Assembly (NCBI GenBank): GCA_008632985.1 | Contig: QPGO01000180.1 | Span: 35,332-99,331, forward strand | Source of the DNA: Psammoneis japonica | Lineage: Eukaryota | Direction: 5' to 3' | Length of the DNA: 64,000 bases | In this document: in pieces, positions 25,001 to 36,922 of the stretch | Layout: each line of letters opens with the position of its first letter | Position numbering within the stretch: the stretch's first letter is position 1 | Program-made: the position numbers and the translations under genes | Notes under the pieces: model-generated | Told to the model about the DNA's origin: nothing | What the model saw: the letters and a program-made list of their open reading frames with translations, nothing else | The model's database searches: none

Positions 25001-26083
25001 GAGTGACTGTAGCGCATAGGTGTGAAGCAGTAGAACACCTCCACCAGGAACTTCATCCAAAAGACATCGCAGCGACACAGGGAGCAGAGTCGGAGTCTCA
25101 AAAACAGATGAGCCGTCTGTGCCACCGACGGCTTTACCCTGCCGGCATTCTACAAGTGTGTGGCTCACAGTCCGAGCCGCCCATAATACTTGTTGCGGAG
25201 AAGTAGACCGCAAAAGAACGCAGGCCTGGTGAAACTCATCGTCGTCCATGTTAACATTCATTGGGATATCAGGCAAGGATGCGTTTGCGTATCGATCGTC
25301 TTCGTCTATGCGTTGTTGCGTTGACTCCTTTGAGATGCTTTTTTGTGGTAGCGCTTTATTTTCCCTCTTTACTGTTGTTAGACTTTGTTGTTGCTTTTCT
25401 ATTGGTTTGTATTTGGCCGAAGGCCTGTCTGTGCCTGTATCACCCTTCTTAATAGACTTTTGTGAGCGTTTTCGGTTCTTCAAAAAATCTATTGTTTCAG
25501 GCGAGAGAGCAGCACGCAGCTCGGATACGTTTTCCAGTATTTCTTCCTTGGACATTTGCGCCAACATGGCATCCGCATCTCGTCGACTACTCTCTTGCAA
25601 AAGCTTGGCACTGTCGTTCTCCGACTTGTGCTTTGTTTCAGGCTCTGCCACATGCTTTTCTTTCTTCTTTCCTTGCTTCGGCTTGACAAAAGTCCCCAGC
25701 GGAACGGTGACCGACGGTGATCCCAGCGGAGACACAACGAGGGGCGAAAGTCGTCGTTGCTGTCCTTGTTGATGGAAAGGCCGTTCCACGATGGATCCTA
25801 CCACAGTAGGCGCAGCTGGAGATTCAGGGGGCTTTGGTATCTTTTCTTTTATTGTGGCCGCCACAGGAGGTTCCCTCTTGTTGTCGTTTCGTCGATTACT
25901 CGGTCTCGTCACGGTGGCAGCGGGTCGTTCACCGGGATCATCATAAATCATTGCCATTCTCTTTTCTAAGGCCGACTTTTTAAACGCCGACGGTGCTCTT
26001 TTTGTTTTTGGGACTGTTTGCTCACGACTCAGAGAAAGCAGGGAGGTCATGTCTTCGTCACGTATGCCCTCGGTGTTTGCCAT
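22085..26083 (-). CDS. RPAP1: RNA polymerase II-associated protein 1 (RPAP1/Rba50/IYO-like)
   Basis: MSKEEILENVSELRAALSPETIDFLKNR (RPAP1_N-like) and LLRSTSPQQ (RPAP1_C-like) followed by ARM-like helices. Likely start is MANTEG at 26083; the upstream ORF extension runs into TE sequence. Confidence 0.8.
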   Translation of the reverse strand: MANTEGIRDEDMTSLLSLSREQTVPKTKRAPSAFKKSALEKRMAMIYDDPGERPAATVTRPSNRRNDNKREPPVAATIKEKIPKPPESPAAPTVVGSIVERPFHQQGQQRRLSPLVVSPLGSPSVTVPLGTFVKPKQGKKKEKHVAEPETKHKSENDSAKLLQESSRRDADAMLAQMSKEEILENVSELRAALSPETIDFLKNRKRSQKSIKKGDTGTDRPSAKYKPIEKQQQSLTTVKRENKALPQKSISKESTQQRIDEDDRYANASLPDIPMNVNMDDDEFHQACVLLRSTSPQQVLWAARTVSHTLVECRQGKAVGGTDGSSVFETPTLLPVSLRCLLDEVPGGGVLLLHTYALQSLYALMCLRAPPDHVVDVTKHSKTDTIANAAQIYQEYFMDDCILTPPLYECYSDVSIGEPLKMGKDTVAYSTLSSTSSAQADGEAFHKDPSWTLLSRMRILPRLAKLLQYNLPDEAIEAVCGILAMLAVRSPGAASAIAQHAEIIPRLLQRLDLVPSTSYNNPDVNNSGDSNSDYLSVPLLILFNTLTRQSRVVATSLPFDLVAPPILGQTAASEIEYKVQRHTAMWWRTMVRYGLALNHVQTFVTLAVPHISKALLCNDSERPECYSVAAEYLSAFALTCDCATMARSDPNMSNGRFSSDAILNTDWLASLANQCIDYLKSRASPRLESANDVDLDGFKMLAACLRLVSSSLLLERGVKKAPLEAKRYCEVGRAMWENVDVKSCLESAAIRLLAIDCPDASSVLYEALSCRLLETFLQFLLRLDAIALDTDEELVTECRTWLLDIISSYEVKTVSLELSTSRHVSRARIGWLNNAHLALCRFLVETRLDSEANTCVPVIRSVAFTLLARLQHGEEATADFVFRNLFLFQTLSKESEVELQSPLPTIFLREMYASEQSRIQTSHSYQLAANRLGDSLNIPYFDVDTLLSTADSQKSKRPLASSELLLPIGNLWLWQVLSVFSDALPSETAAPHDDSDDVTPILISSLELLAEMEQNQNLYSRQIPNGAKLYHLFNVCLYAEAVIRDERIRDCTSLLFALYTQNPGRVVLEQDFIKACVNHSPAAKKREKSAERTSPEDEQVVESLFGNENETLSGKEMTALENFVGDLCNAYLEYGAQYDAFTECVRFFLRPGFPVKIRCETIRRLRQVLRLLTLPSEVTDRSAMAKALQANLTGGLPRKDGSSRDAPQLLDMFASVLVDIGSDESAVRGSATSFFFLLAAAMLARSLAITAIDTSVSTQASKRRLEGIPQDILELIWNTSARLLSTNGDKSDLASAVLDICVETNEHDPKRILASGTFEEAMQSLRNLAIKK

Positions 26084-26279
26084 AATTAACTTTTGCTTTT
26101 CAATTCCTTCAAGAAACAGACTGCCGCATCGGAGTACTACCATATGAATGGATGCGCTCTGTTTGTCCAAAAGTTTTTGTGGTTTCGTCTTTATCTTTCG
26201 TCTTCTGACCGGCCGTCTGTCAGAGGTCGTGTCAAGGTGGCGCTTGATTGCGAGAGCATTCTTGGAGAGTGGAAATCTG

Positions 26280-27190
26280 TTGGTGAGCCATGGAACCAAG
26301 TCCCGGAAAAGATGGGCAAAGACACAGCTGAGTGCAGAAGCACAAAAGAATTGACAAAGGAGTGGGTGCATGATGCAGTTGCCAAGTCATGATGACAGGC
26401 AGATGAGCACATGGAAACCACAAAAAAGATTGGCGCACATGTGGGAAGAATGTTTGGGCTGGAGATGATGAAGCACTGGTGTCTCTGAGGCAGGAGAGAG
26501 AATGCCAGAAGAGCCAGATTGTCCATCAGGAGACACCGCATCAGAAAAGGACAAGCCAATCTGGGGCAAGAAGCACAGTCAATGTGTGAAGCAGAGTGCA
26601 GTCTGCAAGATGCGGAAGGCACAAAGGTGTTTGCTGCAATCATGGGGCAATGCACGAAGGCAACTCATCACAAGCTTGAAGGAGTTGTGCAATTTGCAAG
26701 AATCACAGAGGAGTGGGACATGACAGCACTGCTAAGTGTTCTCTCAAGTTGATCTTGTTTGATGCAAATGAGGAGACAAACCCGCACATCCAGGTGGTGG
26801 TCAAGGCTTGGAGGCAATTGGCGCTGTTGGCACTCATTTGTCAAGATGAAAAGGAGGTGCTTCAAGGCTGTTTCAATCATTGGTTCATGAGCATGGTTGA
26901 GATGGCAAAAACATCCTGTGGCAGGATTGTCCCAGAAAAAATTGCCAAAAAAGAAAATGGGTTTGGCAAGGATGCTGATGGCATCTGGTGGAGCAAAGAG
27001 AGGAACAAGTCATCAGCAGTGATGCACCCCAATTCAGCTGAGGAGGCACCATCACAGGTGTTGGAGGACACATGTGGGGCACCCGCAAAAGCCTGAGGAA
27101 GGCATGAGTTTTGCACAGAGTGACAAGAAAAAGGTCACATGCTGGAAGTGTGGCAAAGTTGGACACATGAGGAGAGATTGTCCTGACAGT
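26280..27190 (+). mobile_element. Degenerate LTR-retrotransposon gag remnant
   Basis: KVFAAIMGQCTKATHHKLEG (diatom Copia-gag-like) and zinc knuckle CWKCGKVGHMRRDCP at ~27140-27185; frameshifted. Confidence 0.75.
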
Positions 27191-27199
27191 GATCATTTG

Positions 27200-30100
27200 T
27201 TGGTGGAGTCACACAATGTGGACCATGGGAGTTGACAGAAAGGTCAACATCGTGTTGGGTGGCATGATTTCCAAGTGTCATCCTCTCATGCTTGATGCAC
27301 ACAAAGTCAATCAATTGACAACTTGTGTGAGGGAGTGTGTTGAAACATTGGGGCTGGGGGGTGGCTTTCATTGTGCGGATGGGAGACAGAGTTGCAGTGT
27401 GAGATGTGGCAACAATTGTGGACAACGTGGCAAGCTTTTGCACTTGTAACTTGGATTCAGTTGTGGGTCTTGTTCTCACTTTTTAGCTTCTGCAACTGAG
27501 TGGCATGCTGATGACAGTTGACAACATCAGCAGTTGATGTGTTTGCAAGCCATGTGGCGGTGAGCAGGGAGACAGTGAGACCAAACACGTGCCAGCTGGG
27601 AAACTTCAAAGCTCCAATGTGACATGTTTCTTTTCTCACTTGATGACAATGACTTTCTTGGTCCATTTGTAAGTCCATGTTGACAACAGCACACCACTCT
27701 CTGGCAAGAATGTGCTCTGGCTCCTCTGATGACTTTTTTGTGTGCTTCAAAGCACTCCTGCTGGCAACATGTGGCACAGCTGCAAGATTGAACAAAAAAT
27801 GACTCACCAAGTCACTTTGACAGGTTGAACAACACAAATGAGCAACAAACAATTCAAGTTTGGTGGCAGAACAACTTGCAAATGCTGCGCACAAATTGTT
27901 TTGTTGTCAGCCATGCCCACATTGTGCCAGCCACAAAAAAAAGCAACAGCTCCGCACACTGAGAGAATTCACTGTGCTTCTCCATGGTTGATTGAAAAAG
28001 CTGGCTCTTCTTGCCCATCTTTGTTTGTGTGTGCTTGACTGGTTTGTTGCCATGCTGCAACACTTGTGTTGCTTCTGTGAACTGGGTCTGGCGACAGTTT
28101 GTCACACTGGGGTTTTGGTTTTGATTGACAAGTGAGGCAAACAAGCCACAGATTTTTTGCTGCAAGGCTCAAACTGCTTTGCAGCTAAAAAAAAAATTGC
28201 AGCTTTTTAGAGCCACCATGAGGCAGGCCCTGGTCTGAGATGAATCAAACTCCGCATCATCAACTCACATGGAGGCAGAGCAAATTTTTGTCAAGGATCT
28301 GTGCTCTTGAGAACTTGTCAAACTTCGGATGCCACAGCTCTGAGATGCCACATTTGCCGAACACTCTTCCTGATGCTGTGTCTGCACCTTGTTGTTGGTT
28401 CTGCCATGACTGTGGCATGTAGAAAGAATGACAGCCACCCCTCAGCATGCAAACCTCTCCCAGGGACAGCTCCAGAAACCCTGCAGCACAAAAAAGGGGC
28501 AATGTTGAAACACAAAGCACAGCATGCAAAGAAAGTTGAGAGGACACAAAAAATGTGCAAAACCTGGACCCCCCCCCCTTTTTGAATTTTTGCCACAATC
28601 TTCCTGCATGAAGCCAAGTGTTCTCAAGATCATCTTGCCTCCCCCCCCCATGCTGTGTGATGCACCAAATTCTTCCACTGAGAACATTTGTGGTCTGTGT
28701 GTTCTTTTGACCATCAATTTGAGCCATGAGCCAGAAGAAAAAAATCACACCAACATTGTTCCACAAGGAACAAGATGTGCTGAATTTGCATGGACTTGGG
28801 TTGCACTGGGCCACATGGAAAGGTAGAAGAGCCAGCCAAAAATGTTGGAGCACCTGCCTGGGGCATTCCCAAGCACCAAGCCCAGCAGATCTGCCTCAAA
28901 AGACCCAGACATTGTGTCCCGCAAGGCTGGCATCTGTGCTGACTCTCAGTGCAGCACATTTGCACTTTGCCGCCAGCTTCTTGGTGCTCATCCAGCCAAT
29001 TTTGTGCCCCAATTTGTTCCATCATCTTTCATTGGCTTGCAAAAGGTCTTCTGCTGCTTGTGCTTGCCACATGTGTTGCAGTGGACTGCAGCTGTGAAAA
29101 CATCAAGCTCCCATGTGCAGCATCTTTCAACTTTTTTGCAATGAATGCACAAAGTGCATGACGCCATGATGCCAGCGTCAGGGCATTTCCTGCATTCTCC
29201 AAGGCACCAAGCAGACCAGCCTGTCTGTCCATTGATCCCCACAGGCTCCATCAGCTCTTGTTGGTGCTTTGGCATGACTGCTCTGGTCTGGGTGCAAAGC
29301 TCTGTGCCTTCACCCCAATTGCAAGATTGCAAGATTGCACCACATGAAAAACATCAGCACTTCACAGTTGGTTGGCTTTCTGCACAAAAAAAAAAGACAA
29401 TTTGACTGGCTGTCACACTGCTCACCAAGCTGTCACTGTCGGTGTCACCAGAGTTTTGGCAAAGAAGATGGACAACAAATTTGGAACATGTCTTGACACC
29501 CAGAAATTTGCAAGTCAGTGGCAGTCCCTGGCAAATTGCAGCTGGCAGTTTCTTTTCTGATCTTTGTGTTTTGCCAATGCAGGGAGATGTTTTGGCAACA
29601 AGATGAGTTGACTTGACAACTTGCATTTTCTTGTGGGGGTGTGGGGGTCGGTTGAGTGAACTCTGGTGGTCCAACTCTCTGCATTGGGTCTGATCCACTG
29701 ACTCATTCTTTGATTTCTCTTTGTGACAGCTGGCTTTCCTCACAATTTTGGCTGTGGCAAGAGAAGAGCAACTGGTGCTTTTGATGCCATTTGAGGCTCT
29801 GTTCATCTTGGGACAAGGTGAGGCAAGCAAAGCTGTTTGCTGGGTGGGTCGCTGTTGCTCTCAATGATGCTCCAGGCTTCTTTTGGTTTGGGACAAGGTG
29901 AGACCAGCAGTGTTTGCTCAGTGGCCCTTTGTTTGCTGGCACTGCTCTGTTTTGATCACCAGTTGTGGGTGTGGGTGATGTCGACAATTCTGCTCTCTGT
30001 CTGGGTTTGTTGTGTGCTTTTCTTTGTTGCTGCTCTTGTTGTGATCATGAGTTGATTCAACCAACAACACAGCAATTTCTGGTTGATGCCAGTGCCCCTC

Positions 30101-31780
30101 ATTGGCTTTTGGCTGGCTGAGGCACAAAGCTCCAGACAGAGATCATCATGTGTGCCAAACCTGTGCCCAAAAGAGGGGAAACACAGGAGAAGTTCAGCTC
30201 ATCTTGCTCTGCCTGGTCAAGGAGCAATGCCGCACACACCTTGGTTTTTGCATGGCTGACAGGCCCTGGTGCAGATTGCTCTGCACAGCTGCAAGTGGTG
30301 GCTGCCCATTTTCCACTCTTCTTGAACAGGTCATCACACCTGAGAAGATTTCATTGAAGCCCAGCTTGGGGCAGTGTTCAGAGCATGCCTTCTCTTTGCA
30401 GTTTGCACTGTCCCTTTGTTTTTGAAAATTGCAACAACTCTGGAGGAAGGTCCTGTGCTGCTGTGGGGCCAAAAGTCATCTGGTCCATGGTGCCTCTGGA
30501 AATGGTGTGTCAGACAAAGCTGCCAAGTTCCTCTGGTTGTTGCTCAATGACTCTTTTGCCAATGTGTGGTGTTGCTGCAATGTTTTTGTGTGCTGTGGAG
30601 GGTACAGCAAGAAGTTGTTAGATTTGTCATCACAGCCAGTTTGTGCCTGAATGCCTGGGTTTTGCTGTCCATTTGCAGTGCTTGTCTTGAAGTTTCCCCC
30701 CTTTCTTTTGCCACACACACTTTGAGGAGGATCTCCCATCTGACCATGTGCCAAGACTTCATTGTCTGCTTGGCAAGAGGGCTTGAAAGTGCACTTTTCT
30801 CACTGGCAAGTTGTGGTGGCTTTCCCAGGCTTGCAGATGCTCTTCTTGGGTTGTGCTTGCAATGCTGCAGGTTGTGCTGTTCTTGTCAATCTTTGCCTGG
30901 CACATTTGTGCTGAAGTTTGTCCCATCTTTCTGTCACATCTTTTCAGGCTGGAACGTGCTTTTTATTTTCTTCCTGTTCTTTGCAGTGGGCACTGCAATT
31001 TTGTTGCTTCCATTTTTGCAGCCACTTGCTTGTCCCACACACATGAGAGAGATGCAGGCACTGATGTCAGAAAAACAAACCAGAAGAGCCAGAGTGTTCA
31101 TCAGCCAGGCAACGCCACATTGGAGAAGGACAAGGCAATCTGGGAGAAGCAATGCAACAATCACCACATGAAACACAGGGCATGATCTAGAAGACACAGA
31201 AGGCAAGGGCATTTGGCACAATTGTGGGACAGTGCACAAAAGCCATCTGCCACAAGGTTGAAAGAGTGATGGAGCTTGAGTGGGCTGCAAAGAGAGAGAT
31301 TGGGCAGCACTGTTGGAAATTCACAACATTGGGAATGACTTGAGTGATGCAAAGGGAGCACTGGCTCTGACTGAGGGTGGGCGACTGCAGGCTTTTTAGC
31401 CTTGACAGTGTTCCTGGGCATTGTGGAATCTTCTAGATTGTCCTTTTTCTTTCATCATGGCAGCTGCAGCATCAGTGTTGTCAAAGAATTTTTGGATGCC
31501 TTGCTGTTCTTCCAGATTGGTTGCTTTGTGAGGGGAGTTTATCTCGGCTTGAGCTGCTGCCTTCTTGTGGGAGGACGGCACACCCTTGCATCTGGTGCCA
31601 CACAAGTCTCAGGTGCCATGGTGATGTTTTGATGCTTTTTCTACATTGGAACCAATGCTGCTCTTCACAGTGCTGTCGACGACTTTTTCTCAATGTGATG
31701 CACCCCAGGTTGCAGACAATGCAGGGCTGGCATGAATTGTTTGCAATGCTTGCAAGCCACTCATTGCAGTGGTTTGCACT
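27200..31780. mobile_element. Mosaic of heavily decayed repeat-derived sequence, families not identifiable
   Basis: Near absence of TpA and CpG; flanked by recognisable TE remnants; no motif I can assign. Confidence 0.5.
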
Positions 31781-31782
31781 TG

Positions 31783-32175
31783 TCTCTGGAGATGTCATGG
31801 ACATTCTGATTTGAACAGGTTGCAATCCTCCTTGCTGCAACAATGGGAAAAAGCATGCCTCAACTGTTCTTTGTGCCCCTGCCAGCATTCTTTTCATCTG
31901 CAAGCAGCAGTGCATGCAATGTCTGTCATGTCACAATGACAAAGTCACCTTAAATCCTCACCATTCGGCTGTGCAATTTGGCAGCACCTTCCTCAATTTC
32001 CCATAAAAACCAGTGGCATGCAACATTCAGGTGGGCATTCATCACCAACAAACTTTCCGTCACAGCAGGCAGGCTTTTCACTGGTGCAACGGGCCGGCCA
32101 AGACAGCCAGCTGGCCACCCTCAGGGTCTCCCATCCTCCCATCACACAGATGTGGGTTGCCCTCTGTCATTGTCC
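31783..32175 (-). pseudogene. Mutated paralogous copy of the 3' end and downstream region of the gene at 35569-36564
   Basis: Aligns with 35344-35740; encodes PACCDGKFVGDECPPECCMPLVF versus intact PGYCDGMFVGDECPPECCMPVVF. Confidence 0.85.
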
Positions 32176-32559
32176 ATGTGCCCATGCACCTGTGGCTGTG
32201 TTGCTGACACATCAAACCAGGTCAACGATTTTGGTGCATCTCCTTGGCTCAATCATTGGCTTTGGCGCTGTCCCTTTGCAAGAGGACGGTCAATTGTGGT
32301 GTGATCTTCTTGGTGCAACTGGTCACAAATTGGATCCTTCCACTTTGTTGAGTGGATGTTCACAGAGGATGGTGAGCCACGTCTGTGTGCCTGCAAGGGT
32401 GAGCTTGACATCAAGATGTGCACAGCTGACTGCACCACCAAACAGTCCAGCACACAGCTTTCTGCACATTCACCACACAAGACCCTTGGCCACTGCAAGG
32501 CTCCAGTGGGTGCTCAAAAGGATCAGTTTAAATCTCTCAAGAAAAAGAGCAATGGCACA

Positions 32560-35290
32560 GCTCTGTTTCCATGCTCATGCCCATTGGACCACAACAAGGC
32601 ATGGACCCCCACTGTTTTGCTTGCCACCTGTCTTCAGCTGCACATGTTCTTCCAAGTGCTCATTTTTGACTGATGAACTTTTGGAGGTGCAGTGGAAGGT
32701 GTTGCGTGCTGCAACCACAAAGTGCAGATGCAACTGCAATGCCAAAAGAGATGTTGTGCATGGCCCATGATCTTTGGACAGTGGCAGTTTGAGATGATTG
32801 GACATGGAGCAGGGTGTTGCTCTCAGGTGTTGCAGTTTCTCCAATGGCTGCTGGCACAGCACAGGACAAATGCAACTTCTGTCACACATTGCAGTTGCAC
32901 AGATGGAGCTTTGTTTGGGCACCAGAGCCAGCTTCCTGAACAATGTGCATTCCAAGCTGCTGCACTTGGAGTCAAAATGGCCCATGTCTCTTCATTCCTT
33001 TCTTGCTTGCATCAGCGCCTGTGCCAAATTTGATGAGACTGTGAAGCTCTTCCACTGCAGCAATGCAATGGTCAGCACACCATGGATGCAGTCTTGGATT
33101 CTCTGGTGTCTTCTCTGACCACAAAGTCCACTGGGTGAGCTTCTGCCACCTGCACCTCTGAGCACTCTCTGCACCTGACATTGCACTTCTGAACAGATGC
33201 CACATTGACAGTGTGAAGCTGCAAAGTTGCCATTCTCTCATCTGGCAGCACCCACACATTGAGCCTGATCAAACAAGCTTGCCATCTGCTCATGCTTGGA
33301 AGCCATGGCATCACACCACATGCTCTCTGTTTTTTTGTGAGGGTGACCTCTTGGTGTCACAACACCCACTGAGGCAGTGGCAAGCTCTGGCTCCAGACAT
33401 GCACATGTCCTTTTCTGCATGCCACAAACCATTGAAGCAACTCTCACACATTTGTTCATCCAAAGGTTTTGATGTGTTCTCCATCATGATTGACAGCATT
33501 GTAGATTCTGTGGTGCAGCTTGAGTTGGCTCTGGAAGTTTTTCTTTTTGCATCTCCCTCCTGTCATGGCCAATGCCATTTGAGATGGCCAGTGGCACACA
33601 TGAAAGCTCAACTCTCTTGTGCCCCCACTTCCTGCCATCCCAGCCCCTGGTGGTGGCTTTCATGATGTGTTGTGTTTGTTGCCCAGGTGGGAAGCTGCGT
33701 TGTTCAAAGAGCTGACTTTGCACACACCAGCACTTGACAAGCTTGCAGATCTTCTTCTGTCTTCCAAAGCTGTGGTTGGGAGCAACAGCCCAGTCATCTG
33801 GTTTGGCATTGTCAAACACTTGCAGTCAATGGTGGTCCTTTGGTGGATTGTGTTGGCTCTGTTTTTGGCTTTGGGCCTTCCTCTTGCCATGCAGAAGCAA
33901 GCAGATTGCCACCTTTCCTTGCATTCCTTTTGTGAGTGAAGGGCTGCTTTCAGACAGTGCTCTTGCTTGGAGTGGATCTGCACTGTGACAACTCCTTGCC
34001 AATTCAAAACATTTCCAACTTTCACTTTGCACTTCCTTTGTCTGACAAAGAAGAGTCCTTCTTCGATGCACTTTGGCTCCACAGTGGGGTGCACTCATGA
34101 GGAAATTTTTTGCTCCTTTTGACAAATGGCGGCTTTCTCCATTGCAGGCAAATCCAGCACTTTTGTGTCAGCTCATTGGGTCAAAGGTCATGAGGACAAC
34201 ACTGTGCCTTGCAAGTTTCTGTCCCTTTCTGCCAAATTAAATGTTGAAGCTGATGGGCTGGCTGGCAGATGCACAGGAGCACACAATGGTGACACACCTT
34301 GCTGACACCTCACATGCAATGCTGCTTGGCAAGTTTGGTTTTGCGAGAGTCCTCCATCATGTCCAAATGCAAACCTGTCCTCTGGCATGAAGCTTGCAGC
34401 TTGGCACTGATTGAATGCATGACAAAGAAGTGTGCTGGCTGGCCAAGGAGGCATTTCCTTCCATCAACCGGAATGTGCACTCCAAACTCATGTCCTGCAA
34501 TGTTCACAGAAAGGTCAGCATGGTCAAGCTGGCTCAAGAGTTGCTGTCTGCAAACAAGGTTGTTCATTGATGCAATCTTGCTTGTCTGGATTGCTGCATC
34601 CACTGCCAGCATCCGATGGAGAACAGCGATCACAGAATGTTCCTTCAAGGCCTTCAAAAGAAATGTGATGACATTGACACTTTCCTGCCATTGAATGATT
34701 TGCTGTTGACAGCTCTCAAGTCTTGGCTTTGGGAGGAAATGTCATGCCCCAACAATGCACACACCACAGCATCTTTCCAGTTTTTGATTCTCAGGATGGC
34801 ACTGGCTGAAGACACATTTTCAGTGGCATTTTTGCACTTCTTGGAATGAGACTCAAACTGCACATCCAGTGGCCAGTGGCTGACACCAGACCCAGTTGTC
34901 CAATGACAAACAGTTAGATTGGGCTGTCACCACTGGAAGTTTTGTGTGGTCAAAGTGGTGGGACATCTGGGATTCCCACAACGATTCCATTCACAGTCAT
35001 GACTCTGAAACTCGGAAATCTTCTCAACGACGCAATGCGGAGGCTGAAGTCAAGACTTTTCATTCTTGTGCTGACTGTCACTTGGCAAGGGATGGAGCAC
35101 ACTTGTTAGATTCTGTGGAGGAGCACCTCACTCACTCCACGCATCGGTTGCGTAATTGGTTGGCTGTGGTGAAACCCATGTTCAAGTCGAGCATTCGTGA
35201 CGCTCGACGCTTCGCTGCTAGAGGCACTCGAACCATCGCTAGTTATTTCGGCGCGGCATCACCCGTGGGTGATGCCGATCCTGGCTACTG
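32560..35290 (+). mobile_element. 3' portion of a decayed non-LTR retrotransposon carrying RNase H
   Basis: RDVVHGP...LDMEQG (post-RT motif); RNase H C-terminus HWVKGHEDN...LNVEADGLAG at ~34174-34266; WDIWDSHN and terminal TIASYF...DPG. Confidence 0.75.
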
Positions 35291-35568
35291 TAATTGCTAT
35301 ATGCTCCTGCCGCACATTCGTGTGCTGGAGGTGTGGGTTAGAATCTCTAGAGATGTCATTGACATTCTGATTTGAGTAGGTCGCAATCTACCTTGCTACA
35401 ACAACAGGAAAAGGCATTGCCTATAAGTTACAAAAGCGCATCTTCATGCCCCCACCAGTGTTCTTCTCCTATACAAGCAGCACATGCAATGCCAGTCCTG
35501 CTGTACTAACAATGTCCCTTTAAATCTTCACCATTTGGCTGTGCAATTTGGCAGTACCTCCCTCAACT

Positions 35569-36564
35569 TCAAGGAATAAATACTACAGGCATGCAACATT
35601 CAGGCGGGCATTCATCACCTACAAACATTCCATCACAGTAGCCTGGCTGGTCACCGATGTAACCGCCCAAGACAATTATCGGGCATTCAGGGCCTCCCAT
35701 TGGCCCATCACAAGGATATGGGCCGTCTATTCCTATTGTTCCGCCAGGAGCAACCAGGAAGCGGTGTGTCTTAAAGTGGGGTTCCGAAAGCGCCGAGAGA
35801 AAGCGGTGGCGACGAAGCCTACTCGAGCCGTCGCCATCGCTGCCATCGTCCCCTCCATTACAGCGATTATCTTCCAGTAGAAAACAGGCCCTTCCATTTC
35901 CAATTCTCTTGACGCACACATGAGTCGCGTTGACCGTCACACCATCTCCAGAGAAGACATAATGTCCAAGCACGCTCCCTTGGCTATCAGGAGAGTTGAT
36001 GAGAGGAACAGTCATTGAGGAAGTGGTTCCGGAGAGCAAGGCGTTGTAGAATGTTCCTGCTGTCGATGCAAGCATGCACTGGTAGTCAGGAAACGACTGT
36101 TTAACCTCGATCGTCACAGTGTGACCAACTCCTTCTACCTTGACAATCTCGCCTGAGCTGGTTGTAACTAGATGAGCTTGAGAGTCGGTCTCCGTGTCCT
36201 TTTGAAGCTTCACCGCCAAATAGGCTGTCCCGATGCTTGCCGCGGCGAGCATGACTGTTAAAACGGCGAAGAAAATCATGAGCTTCTTGTATTCAGATAG
36301 CTTTCTCTCAACTGCAAGCTTGTCCTCGACGATCTTGGCAACCTTTTCCTCCGTGAGAAAGCCTCGTTGCGATGTGTCATACCTGCGCATTTCAGATTCT
36401 GTGCGGTCCAGGTAGCCCTTATTGTCACGATCATAGCGCTGAGACGTAACAGACAAGCGATCCGAAGTTCCACGACTTTCCACATCACCAACGCTCGGGA
36501 GAGGCTTAACAACATCATCAACCTCCTCCTCGTCTTTAGTATCTTCTTTGGGATCGTAGTCCAT
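35569..36564 (-). CDS. Hypothetical single-TM protein with EF-hand-like N-terminal repeats and a Cys-rich C-terminus
   Basis: Intact 331-aa ORF with normal Tyr/TpA content; YDRDNKGYLD and YDTSQRGFLT; TM LMIFFAVLTVMLAAASIGTAYLAV. Confidence 0.8.
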   Translation of the reverse strand: MDYDPKEDTKDEEEVDDVVKPLPSVGDVESRGTSDRLSVTSQRYDRDNKGYLDRTESEMRRYDTSQRGFLTEEKVAKIVEDKLAVERKLSEYKKLMIFFAVLTVMLAAASIGTAYLAVKLQKDTETDSQAHLVTTSSGEIVKVEGVGHTVTIEVKQSFPDYQCMLASTAGTFYNALLSGTTSSMTVPLINSPDSQGSVLGHYVFSGDGVTVNATHVCVKRIGNGRACFLLEDNRCNGGDDGSDGDGSSRLRRHRFLSALSEPHFKTHRFLVAPGGTIGIDGPYPCDGPMGGPECPIIVLGGYIGDQPGYCDGMFVGDECPPECCMPVVFIP

Positions 36565-36922
36565 CTCACGGTAGGGCGTTCTCCAATTTCAAGACGAAAC
36601 CTGTGAAATATGGTGACAGGTGAACCCAAAAGCCAAAAGGTGAGCTTGGCTTGAGGATACTTCGCGTGAGTATGGTATCTTGAAGATCGCAACTTCAGGG
36701 ATCTTCTCGGAATTTTCTTGGCATTGGCATCCAGCCATCTGGCATGCATCGGTCATCGGTCATATTGCTGTTTGAGGTAAAAATGTCACAGGGTTCGAGA
36801 GAGAGAGGTGTTTCTCTTTTTTTTTTTTTTTTTCTTCGACAACAATCTTCCGGGTTCCTCTCAATAGTCACGTAGAATCGTACACAAAATAAGTGCTAGA
36901 ATTTACAATCGAGGATCAAAAC

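Noticed and set aside
26084..26371. N-terminal extension of the 1428-aa ORF
   Set aside because: It runs into TE-derived, stop-depleted sequence; ATG 26083 is the more plausible RPAP1 start.
26200..35000. Dozens of overlapping Cys/His-rich ORFs resembling metal-binding or toxin-like peptides
   Set aside because: Explained by loss of TAA/TAG and gain of TG/CA; no coherent domains apart from the TE remnants listed.
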